From the NCBI GenBank assembly GCA_001179505.1, contig CDMY01000660.1, positions 1 to 35,365 of the forward strand: DNA of 35,365 nt. The letters are read 5' to 3'. A model generated the notes under the pieces. That model ran no database searches. It was not told the origin of the DNA and saw only the letters and a list, made by a program, of their open reading frames with translations. Below are positions 11,587 through 23,500 of this stretch, piece after piece (the first letter of the stretch is position 1; every line of letters begins with the position of its first letter). The position numbers and the translations under genes were made by a program. The DNA is from Vitrella brassicaformis CCMP3155. Lineage: Eukaryota; Protista; Chromerida.

Positions 11587-14500
11587 ATGACGTCCGTCAC
11601 GCGCTTCCCCTCCTCATTTTTCCTCCCCGCCCTCGCCCTCGGCTGCCTGGCCCTCCTCGCCTCCCTCTCTCTTGCCGACAAGCCCCCTGCCAACCTCAGG
11701 GAGCTCACCTTTGGCCACGACAAGAAGGCTGACCAGAAGCCGCCACAGGAGCACAACGGCAAGGACAAGGAGCAGAACCAGGAGGAGAAGCCGGAGGAGC
11801 CGAAGCCGGAGGCGCCGCCCAAGGCCGATGACGACAGCGAGGCCAACGGCGGGTGCTTCAGCGCGGTGGAGACACCACAGTTTGAGGTGGCCGAGTGCTC
11901 CGAGGCCGACCGTCAGTTCACCGTGAGCAAACCCGACGACTACAAGAGCGGCGAGGACGCCATCGAGGGCTCCCTCCGCGAGCAGCTCGACAAGGTCAGC
12001 AAGGCCGAGGGCAAGGGTCTCTTCTGTGTCTGCCTCGACTTTGCCGGGGACGCCACGATCAAGGCGCTCGAGAAGTTCGAGCTCAACGTCGACGACAAGG
12101 AGGTCATCCTCAGGACACCGGGCGGCTCCAAGGCAGCCGTCACGGTGAGCGCGGCTGAGATCACCGACGGCGCGGCCTTCGAGATCACCGTCACCAACAA
12201 TGGCGTCCTCACCTTCGGAGGGTACGCACGCTCACATCTCACGACACACACAGGGGAAGGGACGGAGGGAGGGAGGGAGGGTGAGGTTGTGACGCCGTGC
12301 TCACTGTTGTGCTGTGTGTGTCTTGTCTGGTGTGGTGTGGTCTGGTGTGGTGTGGCGGTGTGCAGGTTCACTGTTGCTGACAAGGACGGCCTGGAGGCCT
12401 CAGCGCTCGCCGTGGAGGGCGACGGTCTCTTCCAGACCTACGGCATGAGGTTCACGGGCAACCGCGCCATCCGGGGCGGCTCCATCTCCCTCATCGAGAC
12501 CGGCTACCTCGACTACGGCAGCACCTTCAGCAACAACGAGGTCACCACCGTGGGTGCGGCCATCTACGCCCAGTCGGTCGACAAGATGGCCATGGAGGGC
12601 TCCACCCTCACCGACAACAGGGCCGGTGGCTCGGGTGGCGGCATCTACGTCTTCAACACAAAGTATGAGCTGGTCAACACCAAGTTCGTCAAGAACATCG
12701 CTGGGGGCAAGGGCGGCGCCATGGCCGACTTCTCCTCGGGCACCTCGCAGATCGGACAGCCGGGCTACCTCAAGGACGTCACCGTTGCCGACAACGAAGG
12801 TACGTGGGTGGTGGGGTGGCTAGGGACACAACAACACACCATGCTCATGCCTCGTGTGTGTGTGTGTGTGTGGTGTGGTTGTCTTGTCTGTGTGCAGGTG
12901 GTGGTGTGTACAAGTTCGGTGGCGCCAAGCAGCTGACTGTCAACAGCACCACGTTCAGCAACAACAAGGCCAACGACGGTGACGGCACCGGCGCACTCGT
13001 CGTCGAGGGCGGCGCCAGCCAGCTCACAAAGGCCCTCCAGGTCGTGCTCAGCACCTTCGCCGGCAACGAGGGAGGCGCCATCAAAAGTACACACCACACC
13101 CCACACGAACCGATGCACGCACACACACCTGCCTGGATGCCTGTTTCTGCTTGCCTTGTGTGTGTGTGTGTGTGTGGTGTGTATCAGCCATCCGGACCAC
13201 TGCGTCAGTGATAGCGTCGACCATCACCAACAACGAGGGGCCCGCCGTGTCCGCCGAGGCAGGAGAGATAGTCCTCGAGAGCACGTGAGAACAGCACACC
13301 CAACACACACACACCAGCCCCCCACTAGTGGCCATCTCATTCGCCCGTGTGTGTGTGTGTGTGTGTCCTCTCCCTCCTCTCCCTCTCTGCCTGCCTGCCT
13401 GCCTGCCTGCCTGTGTGCCTTCCTTCAGGATCAACATAGACAACATTGACAACATGGACTGTGCGGTCAACAGCTCGAGCACCATCAGCATGTTCGGCGT
13501 CAACATGTTCCGCGCCAACGGCAACTGCGAGGACAACGGGTTCAACAACGTCGTCCTCGGCGACAAGGACAAGGCCTGCCTCGGCGACCTCTCCGACATG
13601 GAGGGCGTCTCCGTCCAGGTCGTCCCTCTCGACACCTGCTCACCCGCCATCAACGCCGGAGACGTCATCCCTCTCGAGGAGCTCCCATTGGACGTCGCGG
13701 GCCAGGTCAGGGGCGGCAGCCCCGATATCGGTGCCGTCGAGTCCGACAAGGAGGACGACAGCCCCAAGCAGAAGCGCGACGACAAGGGCAAGGGCAAGCC
13801 AAAGCAGGAGCCAAAGGAGGATGACGAGAAGCCCGAAGACGAGCAGCCAGAAGAGGACGAGCAGCCCAAGGAGAACGATGACGGCGAGAAGAAGTCACCG
13901 CCCAAGAAGCGTGACGACGACAAGAAGCCCAGCGACGAGGGCGACGAGCCCGAGTGCGATGTCCCCAAGTGCGGCAAGCCGCCTGTGGATGATGAGGATG
14001 AGGAGGACGAGCTGCCCAGTGAGGAACCCGACTTGCGTGATCCCGACGACGACGAGGAGGACACCGGGGTGAGTAGTGAGACAACACGGGCGGGTTGTGG
14101 CCAGGGTTGCGTGTGCCATGCTGGATGGGTGTCTTCACACCTCACTGACACGCCTTTCTGGCTGGCTCTCTGCCTATTGTGTTTTGTGTGTGCAGCCCAA
14201 AAAAACCACCACCACCACTACCAAGAAGCCCCCCAAAACCACCACCACCACCACTACCAAGAAGCCCCCAACCACCACCACCACCACCACCACCACCAAG
14301 GCGCCACCAACGGAGCCACCAAAGAAGTGCGCGGCGTACATTGGCATAGAGTACGGCAAGAAGGGCACATTCAAGGCCAAGGAGCTCTTCCCCGCCCTCG
14401 TGGGCAAGACTCTCGTCAAGTGCAAAATCACCGGAGGATACTTCCCGTAAGACAACAGACACAAGACACACCGGACAGACAGACAAGACAATCACCGCAC

Positions 14501-14999
14501 ACGCCCATCCTCTCTCCCCCTTCCCCCTCTCTCTGTTGTGTGGTTGGTTGGTGTGCGCAGGACTGAGAGACGTGAGCTGACCTACGGCTCGTACAAGCAC
14601 TACAAGCACGGCGGCCACTTCCTGTCGCGCGGCTACCACAAGAACAACTACTACTACAGCCAACCGGCCGCCCCCGCCCCCAGCTACAAGTCTCTCTCCG
14701 TGACGTGTGGCGGCGAGTACGTGAGCTGGGACTGCGCCGACTACAAGAGCACCTACGTGTTCGTGCTGACCTACCATTACTACATGGGGGAGCGGCTGAG
14801 GCAGCTCACGTGGGGCTATGGCAGCCATGGGTACCATTACAAGAAGCATCGCAAGCACGGCTACAGGAACAAGCACTACTACAAGAAGCACCACGGGTGG
14901 CACTACAAGCCCCACTATGGTGGCGGCTACTACTACCCACCCACACCCAGCTACCCCACCTACTCGGAGGACTGCCACGTCACCGTTGCTTGCGCCTGA
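11587..14999 (+). CDS. Secreted modular protein: signal peptide, right-handed beta-helix (Pmp-like GGAI/FxxN repeats), choice-of-anchor-Q-like motif, acidic and Thr-rich linkers, Tyr/His/Lys-rich C-terminus
   Basis: Hydrophobic leader FFLPALALGCLALLASLSLA. Exons join in frame: 11587-12221, 12366-12799, 12898-13086, about 13188-13284, about 13430-14068, about 14196-14447 and 14561-14999. Motifs include FSNN, GGGIY, GGAMA, GGAIK and CSPAINAG...DVAGQVR...DIGAVE. Confidence 0.8.
14196..14300 (+). repeat. Three degenerate ~36-bp (ACC)-rich units encoding a mucin-like PKKTTTTTTKKP linker
   Basis: The tandem units are visible. A phase-0 splice from 14068 to 14196 fixes the Thr-rich frame. Confidence 0.8.
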
Positions 15000-16487
15000 G
15001 GTGGTCGATGGGATGGGGCGAGGGAGGGGGGCGGGGGCGGGGCGGGGCTGAGTGTACATAGCGTGTAGTTGATGGACGTGATGGACCGGGTGGGCTGGGC
15101 GGGGCCTCTGTGTCTGTGGTTCCTTTCCTTTCCTTTGCTTTTCCTGTTTTTCTTTTTGTTTCCTTCACCATCTCAACTGGTTTGTCTGCGTAGACACCAC
15201 TCGCCTGCGCCTGCCTGCCTCCCTGCCTCCCTGCCTGGTGTGCCTGTCTGGTGTGCCTGCCTGTCTGTCTGGGTCGGTGCGTTGCGGTGCGGCATGTGAT
15301 GTTGCGTGGGTGTGGGTGTGGGCGGTGGGGGCGCTTGTCGAAAAGACAATAGACGCCGAGTGCGTACCTAAAGTGTAGAGTGCATACGTAGCCAGCAAAG
15401 AAAGAAACAAGTAGAGCAGCTAGACGGATGGATGGATGGATCATCGCACAGAACATGCGTGTCGTTGCGTGGGGGTGGTGTTTATATGCGTTGTCTATAT
15501 CCATGCAGTCAGTCAGTCAGTATGTGTGTGCAGCACATTCATTGTGTGTAGTCGGCCGGCCGTCAATTGCATGTCTTGGACTGAACGTCTCTCTGCCTGC
15601 CAGTGAGTGGGTGTTGTTAAACGACATTCACAAACCTGCCTGCTGCCATTTTGTAATTCGCTCACTTGCTCCCACTCACTTTCACTCACTTTCTGGATCG
15701 TCGAGCGGCGCGAAACAAACGAAGAAAAGGTCTCTGTCTTTGTTTCAGTGTCTCGTGTGTGCGATGCCTGCGCGTTCCTTTTGTCCAGCCAGGGCAGGCC
15801 TTTGGGAACAGAAAGGAGGAGAAGAAAGACCTGTCGCCTCTCTTGCGTCGTCTTGCATACATACCTCCATGGCACATTGCGGCGGTGTGGTGTGGCGTGG
15901 CGTGGTGTGGTATATTTGGTTCTTTTCGTTTCCTTCTCGTTCGAACATGCTTTTGTTTTCTCTCTCGCTGCTCGCCTGCCTGTCTGCCTGTCTGCCTGCC
16001 ACTCGGGCCGGTGGCTGCCCTGCCCGTCTTGTGCGCCTCGCACGTTTATGTACGTCCATCAAGTCATTATTCAATAATAATGCACACACGCACTGCAACC
16101 TACCTACGAAAGGTGTAGCAACGCGAAAGCGACACAAACCAGCCAATCGGGAAGGGATGGCGTGGCGTTGTTTTTTGGCATGTGTGTACTTCGGTGGTGT
16201 GATTGTGGTGTTGTGTGGTTTGTAAGTGTGTGGTGTGGTGTGTGTAAGTGTAGGCAGGTGTTGTAGTGTTCATTCATTCATTCATTCATTCTCTCATAAG
16301 TATTGTATTACTCATGTCATGTGATGTCATGTCATGTCATGTGTTGTGTGTGTTGTGTGGCTTGCTCTGCTCGCTCACGTGCACCGTACGGGTACATACA
16401 TACATTTTGTGAAGGGTTTGTGGTGAGAGGGGAGGGCAAGGGGAGGGGAGGGGAGGGGAGGGGGTGTGAAGAGGAACAGGGGGAAGG

Positions 16488-16539
16488 GGAGAGACGCAAG
16501 AGCAATGTCAAAAGGAGAGACGCAAGAGCAATGTCAAAA
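16488..16539. repeat. Perfect 26-bp tandem duplication (GGAGAGACGCAAGAGCAATGTCAAAA x2), intergenic
   Basis: Read directly from the sequence. Confidence 0.9.
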
Positions 16540-17827
16540 GAATATGAGTGTCCACCAATGTCAGTCATGTCTAATGAGCGAGCGAGGGGGGCGGGGGCTC
16601 TTCTGTCCATATCTGCCTGTCTGTCTAGTCCATATCCTCATCTGTTTATCTCTATCTCTATATATCTGCCTACCTGCCTGTCTGCCTGCCTGTCTGATCT
16701 CACTTTCCTTGTCTTGTCTTATCGCATCTGGTGTCTAGTTGGTGTGACGTCCTCTCCTCCTTGAGTGCTCGTGCGTTGCGTGCCGTGTCTCTAGTCCATT
16801 TGAGTTTTTTGGGGTGACGTGAGGTGGATGGATGAGTCCATCCGGGCTGTCGGGTCGATCACTAGTAGGCCAGAGAGACAGAGGAGAGGAGAGCAGAGGA
16901 GAGAGAAGAGGACAGCAAGAGAGACAGAGGAAAGATGTGGCCGGGATGGGTGGGTTTTTGTCATGTAGAACACGGCAAAGAATGTGTGTGGTGTCGGGCG
17001 GGATGGCTGGCTGGCTGCGTACGGTCCTGTACCTAATCGAATCGTGTGCATAGCGTAGTTGCTCACCTCAGCTTAGCTTTGCTTAGCTAGGGACGTAGGA
17101 CGTGTTCACTCACTCACTCACTCACACTCACACTCACACTCGCTCGCTCAGTTGCTACTCGCCTGCCCCGGAATTTGCGCCATCCATCCATCCACCAGAG
17201 AGCGATGGATTCCACCCCCGCCCCCTCCCCACCATCCCATCCACACATGTACGTGAAACATAGGTGGATATGTTGACCCCGTGACACGTACCTATCGCAC
17301 GCACAGCCCAGCAGCCCGCTCAGCAAATATCTTAGTTTCCGCATACTCGCCCTCGGTCAGTCGCTCCCTCGCTCCCTCGGACGGGTTTACACTTTCTGGT
17401 TTGATTTCGATGCTGTCAGTTTTCCTCTTATGGAACTCACATCCATCACCTCACTCACTCTCTGCTGGTATTTTTGTAAGCCGTTGCGAATGCATGTGTG
17501 TACGTATGTCGATGTGTGGGATGCTGTCTCAGTCTTGTGGTGCATGGTGTGCGCTGATGTGTGTGGGCCTGCCATGCCATGCCGTGCAACCTCCCTCTCG
17601 GACTGACTCGGGTGGATGGTCTCGACTCCACGAGACGACAGACTCTGGCCGGCCAGTGAGTCAATGAGTGATGAGAGCATCATGATGCACATACAGTACG
17701 CCCGAATCTGTCAGCCCCCCTGCCCACCTACACGCCAAGCTAGTCTGTCAGCCAGCCCCATAACTACCCGGCCACAAACACATCACCATCACGGCTACCC
17801 AATCCATCCATCCATCCATCCATCCAT

Positions 17828-20528
17828 CTAGTTGTGTGGCTGGCCCCCCTTCCCCCCTACCAATCCCCCGCCCCCGCCCCCGGCCCCTCCCCGTGGCGAC
17901 TTCGAGCCCACGATGATGCGCTTCTTCTGCTTCTTGGGTGTCTTGTTGGACTTGGTCGCTGAGGGAAGGCTGGCTTGGGGCTGGTATGGCTCCTCGTCCA
18001 TCTGCCGCTCCTTCATTCTGGCCAGCTGCTCGGCCTGCTGCCTCTGGCGCTCCACCTCATCCTCGGCTTTGGCTAGATTGGCATACAGCAACGAGAGATC
18101 ACTGCACAAATGCAGGCAGGCAGACAGGCAGACAGAGAGAGAGAGAGACATGACAAAATGGATGGATGGATGGATGTGTGTGGGGCTGGTGGGGATCGGC
18201 AACGGACGGTGGGCGTAATGCACCTGAATGCGATGGCGTTGAGTTGTGCGGGGTCGCCCAGGTCCTCTTCTAGCGCAGCGTTGAGCTGCACACATCACAT
18301 GAATGAATGAATGGATGGCCACATCATTCACACACACAGATGGTCGCATTGCATTCCTCTCATCCCTGTCTGTGGTTGGTTTGTACGGTGTAGTTGGCTT
18401 AGCTTACGGTGTTGACGGCCTCGGGGTTGGCCTCGTTTGCGGCGTCGAGTACCTTCTTGGTGGCTGCAGAGTCGGGCTCCTCGATGTTGTGGATGAGGTT
18501 CTTGGTCTCATCCTTGGTGAAGTAACTGCACAGCACATGACAGTCACGTCACACGACAGACAGACAGACAGACATGGATGGATGAATGGATGGCATTGGA
18601 TGGATGGATCTGTGTGTGTGTTTGTGTGTGTGTGTGGGTGGGGTGCAGCACAGACCGCATCTGTTTGGGTCTCTCGAGTGCGGCCTTGTTGATGCCGGCC
18701 TTGTGCACCTGACGCCTGCGAGAGTGTGTATCCCAGAGTGTACGTCACACGAATGCGATGCGTGGTTTGTTGTGATTTGGATGCAGCACCACCACACCCG
18801 CTGGCTGACCGGACCTGAACATCTTGTCCTCAATGCCGCCAGTGGCCATCAGACGATACGCTACCACCACAGGAGCCTGCACAGGACGCACACCACACAG
18901 ACACAGACACGCATACATCCGCATACATCCGTATGCGTGTAAAGTACACACCTTGTGTCGCTCTCTTCGTGTCGTGTGTGGTGTGTGGTGTGGGTGGTGG
19001 GAGTGGAATGACCTTCTGTCCATATCGGTTGATCCTATCTACGGCTTGGTCATCGGCAGAGGGGTTCCAATCTGGCCGGTCGGTCGGGTCGCCACACACA
19101 CACATGAAAGTTTGTTTGTCTATGTGTGTGTATTGCAGCTGAGCTGCTCAGCTCACCGGGGTCCATGATGATGACCCGATCGGCAGACACCAAATTCAAC
19201 CCGTGGCCACCAGCTGCGTCACGTGCGGGATGTGATTGTGATGACACACACAGACAACACAATGAATGAATGTCCCCCGTGTGCTGTCTTGTGCTGTCTG
19301 TGCATGTGCAAATTCATTCGATTCGTCCATTACATCTGGTGGTCAGCAGCATGCACTTGTACTTCCTCTTGGTCTTGAACCTGCACACACACACACACAC
19401 ACACGCGCACATAGACGTCATGACGACACACAATGGCATGGCAGCAGCCGCCTCTGCACTCACTGCACACGCACCTCTCCTGCCGCTCGGCCCGCTTCTT
19501 GGCGCTGACGGAGCCGTCGATGCGCAGGTACTTGATGGACGACGGGAGCAGCACCGCATACTCAAGCAAATCCAGCCTGACACACACACACACAGAGGGC
19601 CATCCTGTGTTTGTGTGTGTGTGTGGGTGGATGGTGTCATAAATGACTTACAGGGTGGTCGACCGCGAGAAGACCAGCGTGCGATGGCCGTTGGCCTGAC
19701 AGTGTGCGCCAAACAACACACACATACACACACACACACACACGCGTGTCTCTGACCCGTGACACATGCAGGCGTGTCTGTCTCTCTGTCTCGCTCGCGT
19801 GCCTTGTGTTGTTGCAGGATCTTCTGGACCGTCTGAAGTTTCTCCGAGTAGCTGAGCACCGCCTCGGGGGTCTGATCCAAATCGTAGATGTACTGACACT
19901 GACACAACCCACAACACAACACAACACAGCACAAACACCCACACAGACAGACACACACACATGCATATCACATGCATATCAGTGAGAAGATTCCACTCGA
20001 CTGGACTGCCTACGATCTCGTCGTCCATCTGTTTCCGTCTCTCCCGCGCACTGCCGTCCTCCTCCTCGTCTATGTCGTCCTCGCCTTTGTCGTCCTCATC
20101 GGGCTTGCGGCCCTTCTGGATGGCGCCCTCGGCCCACCGCCCGAACTCGTCCATGGCCTCGGGGTCCACCTCCTCGCCACGCCGCTCCGCCAACGCCAAG
20201 CGCCACGGCTGCCGCATCACGTCCTCCTTCCTGCACATAATGAGGCGTGTTGTGTGTTGTGTGGAGAGGGTGGAGAGAAGGGTGTAATTGTGCGTACAGC
20301 AGCATCATGAAGGGGTGCATGCAGACCTTCTGCAGCTTCGTCACGGCCTGGATGAAGGAATGAAGGATTCTTGTGCTGTGTGGGATCGGATGGGTCAGTC
20401 GTGTGTGTCAGGCTGCCTGCACACTCTTGATTGATTACCTTGAGCACTTTGCTGTAGTGGTCGCCGGCGCCCTGCTTGAAGGCCTTGGCGTCGTTCATCT
20501 CACTCCCCTGCAGATACATGCCGTACAG

Positions 20529-20562
<34 letters not shown>

Positions 20563-23500
20563 GTAAAGGAATGCGATTGTATGAAAACCTTCCCTCTCTC
20601 CTCCCTCTCTCCCTATCTCTCTCTCAGCGCACGTCTGGTCACGTACGTGGAGCTGCTGCTTGGACAGTCTATGCCAGACGACCACGTCATGCTTGGTCGG
20701 CATCGCCTGTCGATCCTCAGCCTCGAGGTCCTTCGTGGTCCGCCGCAGCATGTGGCGCTTGATCCTGGACCGCAGCGACGTGAGCAGCGCCTCGGCCTGG
20801 GCCTCTGACACAGACAGACAGACAGGGGGACAGGGGGACAGGGGGACATTGGATGGATGGATGTGTGTGGGGGTGTGAGGGGTTGTGAGTGTAGTTACTC
20901 TCCAGTGGCCGTGCGTCACTGGGTGCGCCTGAAATGATGGATGGATGGAGAGGGAGGGAGGGAGGGACGGAGGCACAGGCATCCATGCTTGAACCTGCCC
21001 GTCTGCCTGCCTGCCTGCCTGCCTGACTGCCTGACTGCCTGACTGCCTGACTGCGCACGCACCCCTCTCGATGGGCTTCCAGTAGTCAGTCTGACAGACA
21101 GACAGACAGACATGGGGGGATGACAGACCAAAGGCACACACACAGACCTCGAACGTCTTCTGGTTGCCGAGGAGGCCGGGCTCGGCGAAGTTCATAAGCG
21201 ACCAAAACTCTTTCAGGTTGTTCTCAATTGGCGTGCCTGTCCACACACAGATGAGAGAGAGAGAGAGAGAGACAGAGAGAGACAGAGAGAGACAGAGATC
21301 GAGAGATCAGCGCCTCCCCCCAGCCCCCATACCCACCCCACCAGTGAGGAGGAGCCTGAATTGTGTTTTCTCGTCTTGGGAGGCCCTGCAGATGGTGTTG
21401 ATGGCCTTGCTCCTCTGCGTGCCGGGGTTCTGAACACCCAACACATACACTCACACACACGCACTCCGCCTGTGTGTCTGTGTCAGTCGGTGGCCGATCC
21501 ACCCACCTTGATGGCTTTTGAGGCCTCGTCGAGTATGACGACGTCCCACGGCACCGCTCGGCTGTTCTCGCTGACCGTGAGCGCCTCCCTGCCCTCGCCA
21601 ACGTCGAGCATGCCGATGTTGGCCTTGGTGAGGTACTGCGCGCTCTCCTTGAACGTGTCGTAGGTCGTCACCAACAGACCTTAAAACACACACACACACA
21701 CACACACACTGTGCGACGGTGTGTTGGTGTCTCGTGTCGTTATGTGGTTATTACGCTTCCCGCGATTTCCAGAGGCGAACATGCCGCGCAGCGCCTTGCT
21801 GTCGGCAAGAAAGATAGATCCACAGACAAAAAGAAGGTGGAGGTGTGCCGTTTCTTCTTCGGTTGGTTATCAGCTTACTGCTTCTCCTGGTGACTGCCGT
21901 GGAATGTGTAAACCTGCACACACGGGCGGACGATAAACGAAACACACACGGCCACTTCCCGCTCTCTCCCTCCCTCCCTCCCTCCCTGCCTCTCATGCAT
22001 TTGAACACCTTCCACTTTGGGCACCAGATGGGGAACTCTTTCGTCCAGTTGTCCTTGCTGGTGAGCAGGCTCGTCGTCAGGATGACCAGCGCCGTCTTGG
22101 CCAGGTTGCTCTCACCCAGGCCGCCGAGGAAGGCGAGTGTCTGGACGGTCTTGCCGAGGCCCATCTCGTCCGCGAGAATGCCTGATGGGTTCATTTGTGC
22201 CAGAAAAGCGAATGCATGTGTGTGTGGGGGNNNNNNNNNNNNNNNNNNNNNNNNNNNNNNNNNNNNNNNNNNNNNNNNNNNNNNNNNNNNNNNNNNNNNN
22301 NNNNNNNNNNNNNNNNNNNNNNNNNNNNNNNNNNNNNNNNNNNNNNNNNNNNNNNNNNNNNNNNNNNNNNNNNNNNNNNNNNNNNNNNNNNNNNNNNNNN
22401 NNNNNNNNNNNNNNNNNNNNNNNNNNNNNNNNNNNNNNNNNNNNNNNNNNNNNNNNNNNNNNNNNNNNNNNNNNNNNNNNNNNNNNNNNNNNNNNNNNNN
22501 NNNNNNNNNNNNNNNNNNNNNNNNNNNNNNGGTGCGAGGGTGGTGTCTTGTGCTGGATGGGCCTGCTCACATCCACGGCCGTTGTTGAAGTTGTCCCACA
22601 TCCACTTGACGCCTTTGACCTGGTAAACCTTCCTGTGTCACATACAATCACACAGAGTGCCCCTCTCCCTCTCCCTCTCCCTCCCTCTCTGTCTCTGTCT
22701 GCAGTCATCGTACAGTCGGCCGTATATGTCCTTGTCTATGAAGAAGGTCCACTCCTGGCTCAGCTTGGTGGGCTCGCTGCCGCCGCCGTCGAGCGCGTAC
22801 TGATCCTCATCCGGATCGAACTCGAAACCATGGAGCTCTGAATACACCACCCAGCCGACCATACACACACACATCCACACACACCCAACAAAGGCACAGG
22901 TGCTGATAGTGTATCGTCTCGTCCTGCATCCCCTCATCTAGAGACCTGGGTATGGCGCTTTCTGGTCGTCTCCGTTGGCGATGCCCCCGCTCTCGTCGCT
23001 GATCTCTTCCTCTTCATCGCCTTCATCCTCTTCCTCCTCTTCCTCCTCCTCACCCTCGCCCTCGCCCTCGCCCTCGTCGTCGTCTACCACTATGAAGTCG
23101 CGACTTCTATCACTACGAGCACGCCCAACAACACCAACACCGCCCTGACACACACACACACATACACACACACAGACAGACAGGCAATAGGCAGGCACTG
23201 CGTCTCTGGAGGTCATTCTCACTCACTTACCCGTCGGCCCTTGCGGCCGCCGCCCTCCTCCTCTTCCTCGTCCGATTCCTCCTCTTCATCAGCTACCGCC
23301 GATCCCTTGCCCGCCCGCCCGTTGCGACCGCCCCTACCCCCACCGGCATCCCCAGCCCCGCCCCCACCCGCCGCCACTGGCTCTGGCCGCGCGAAGATGT
23401 CTCTTCCCGGCTCGTAGTCGTCCTCCTCCTCCTCAGGCTGATGGGTCTGCTGGCGGTTTTTGCGATTGGGCGGCGGTGTGGAGGCCGACATCGCTGCCAG

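Noticed and set aside
14180-14330. Poly-His reading (NHHHHHYQEAP repeats) in ORF 13328..14566
   Set aside because: The splice phase from the preceding exon (donor 14069, phase 0) selects the Thr-rich frame. The His frame is an alternative reading of (ACC)n.
15428-16764. ORFs of 130-265 aa in the intergenic region
   Set aside because: They are dominated by translated microsatellites (CV, HT, LS, ACLP repeats) and have no domain-like content.
22622-22725. Apparently non-canonical splice junction before YQVKGVKW in the SNF2 gene
   Set aside because: A canonical GTACGA donor (phase 2) with a CACAG acceptor resolves it, giving GRLKVYQVKG.
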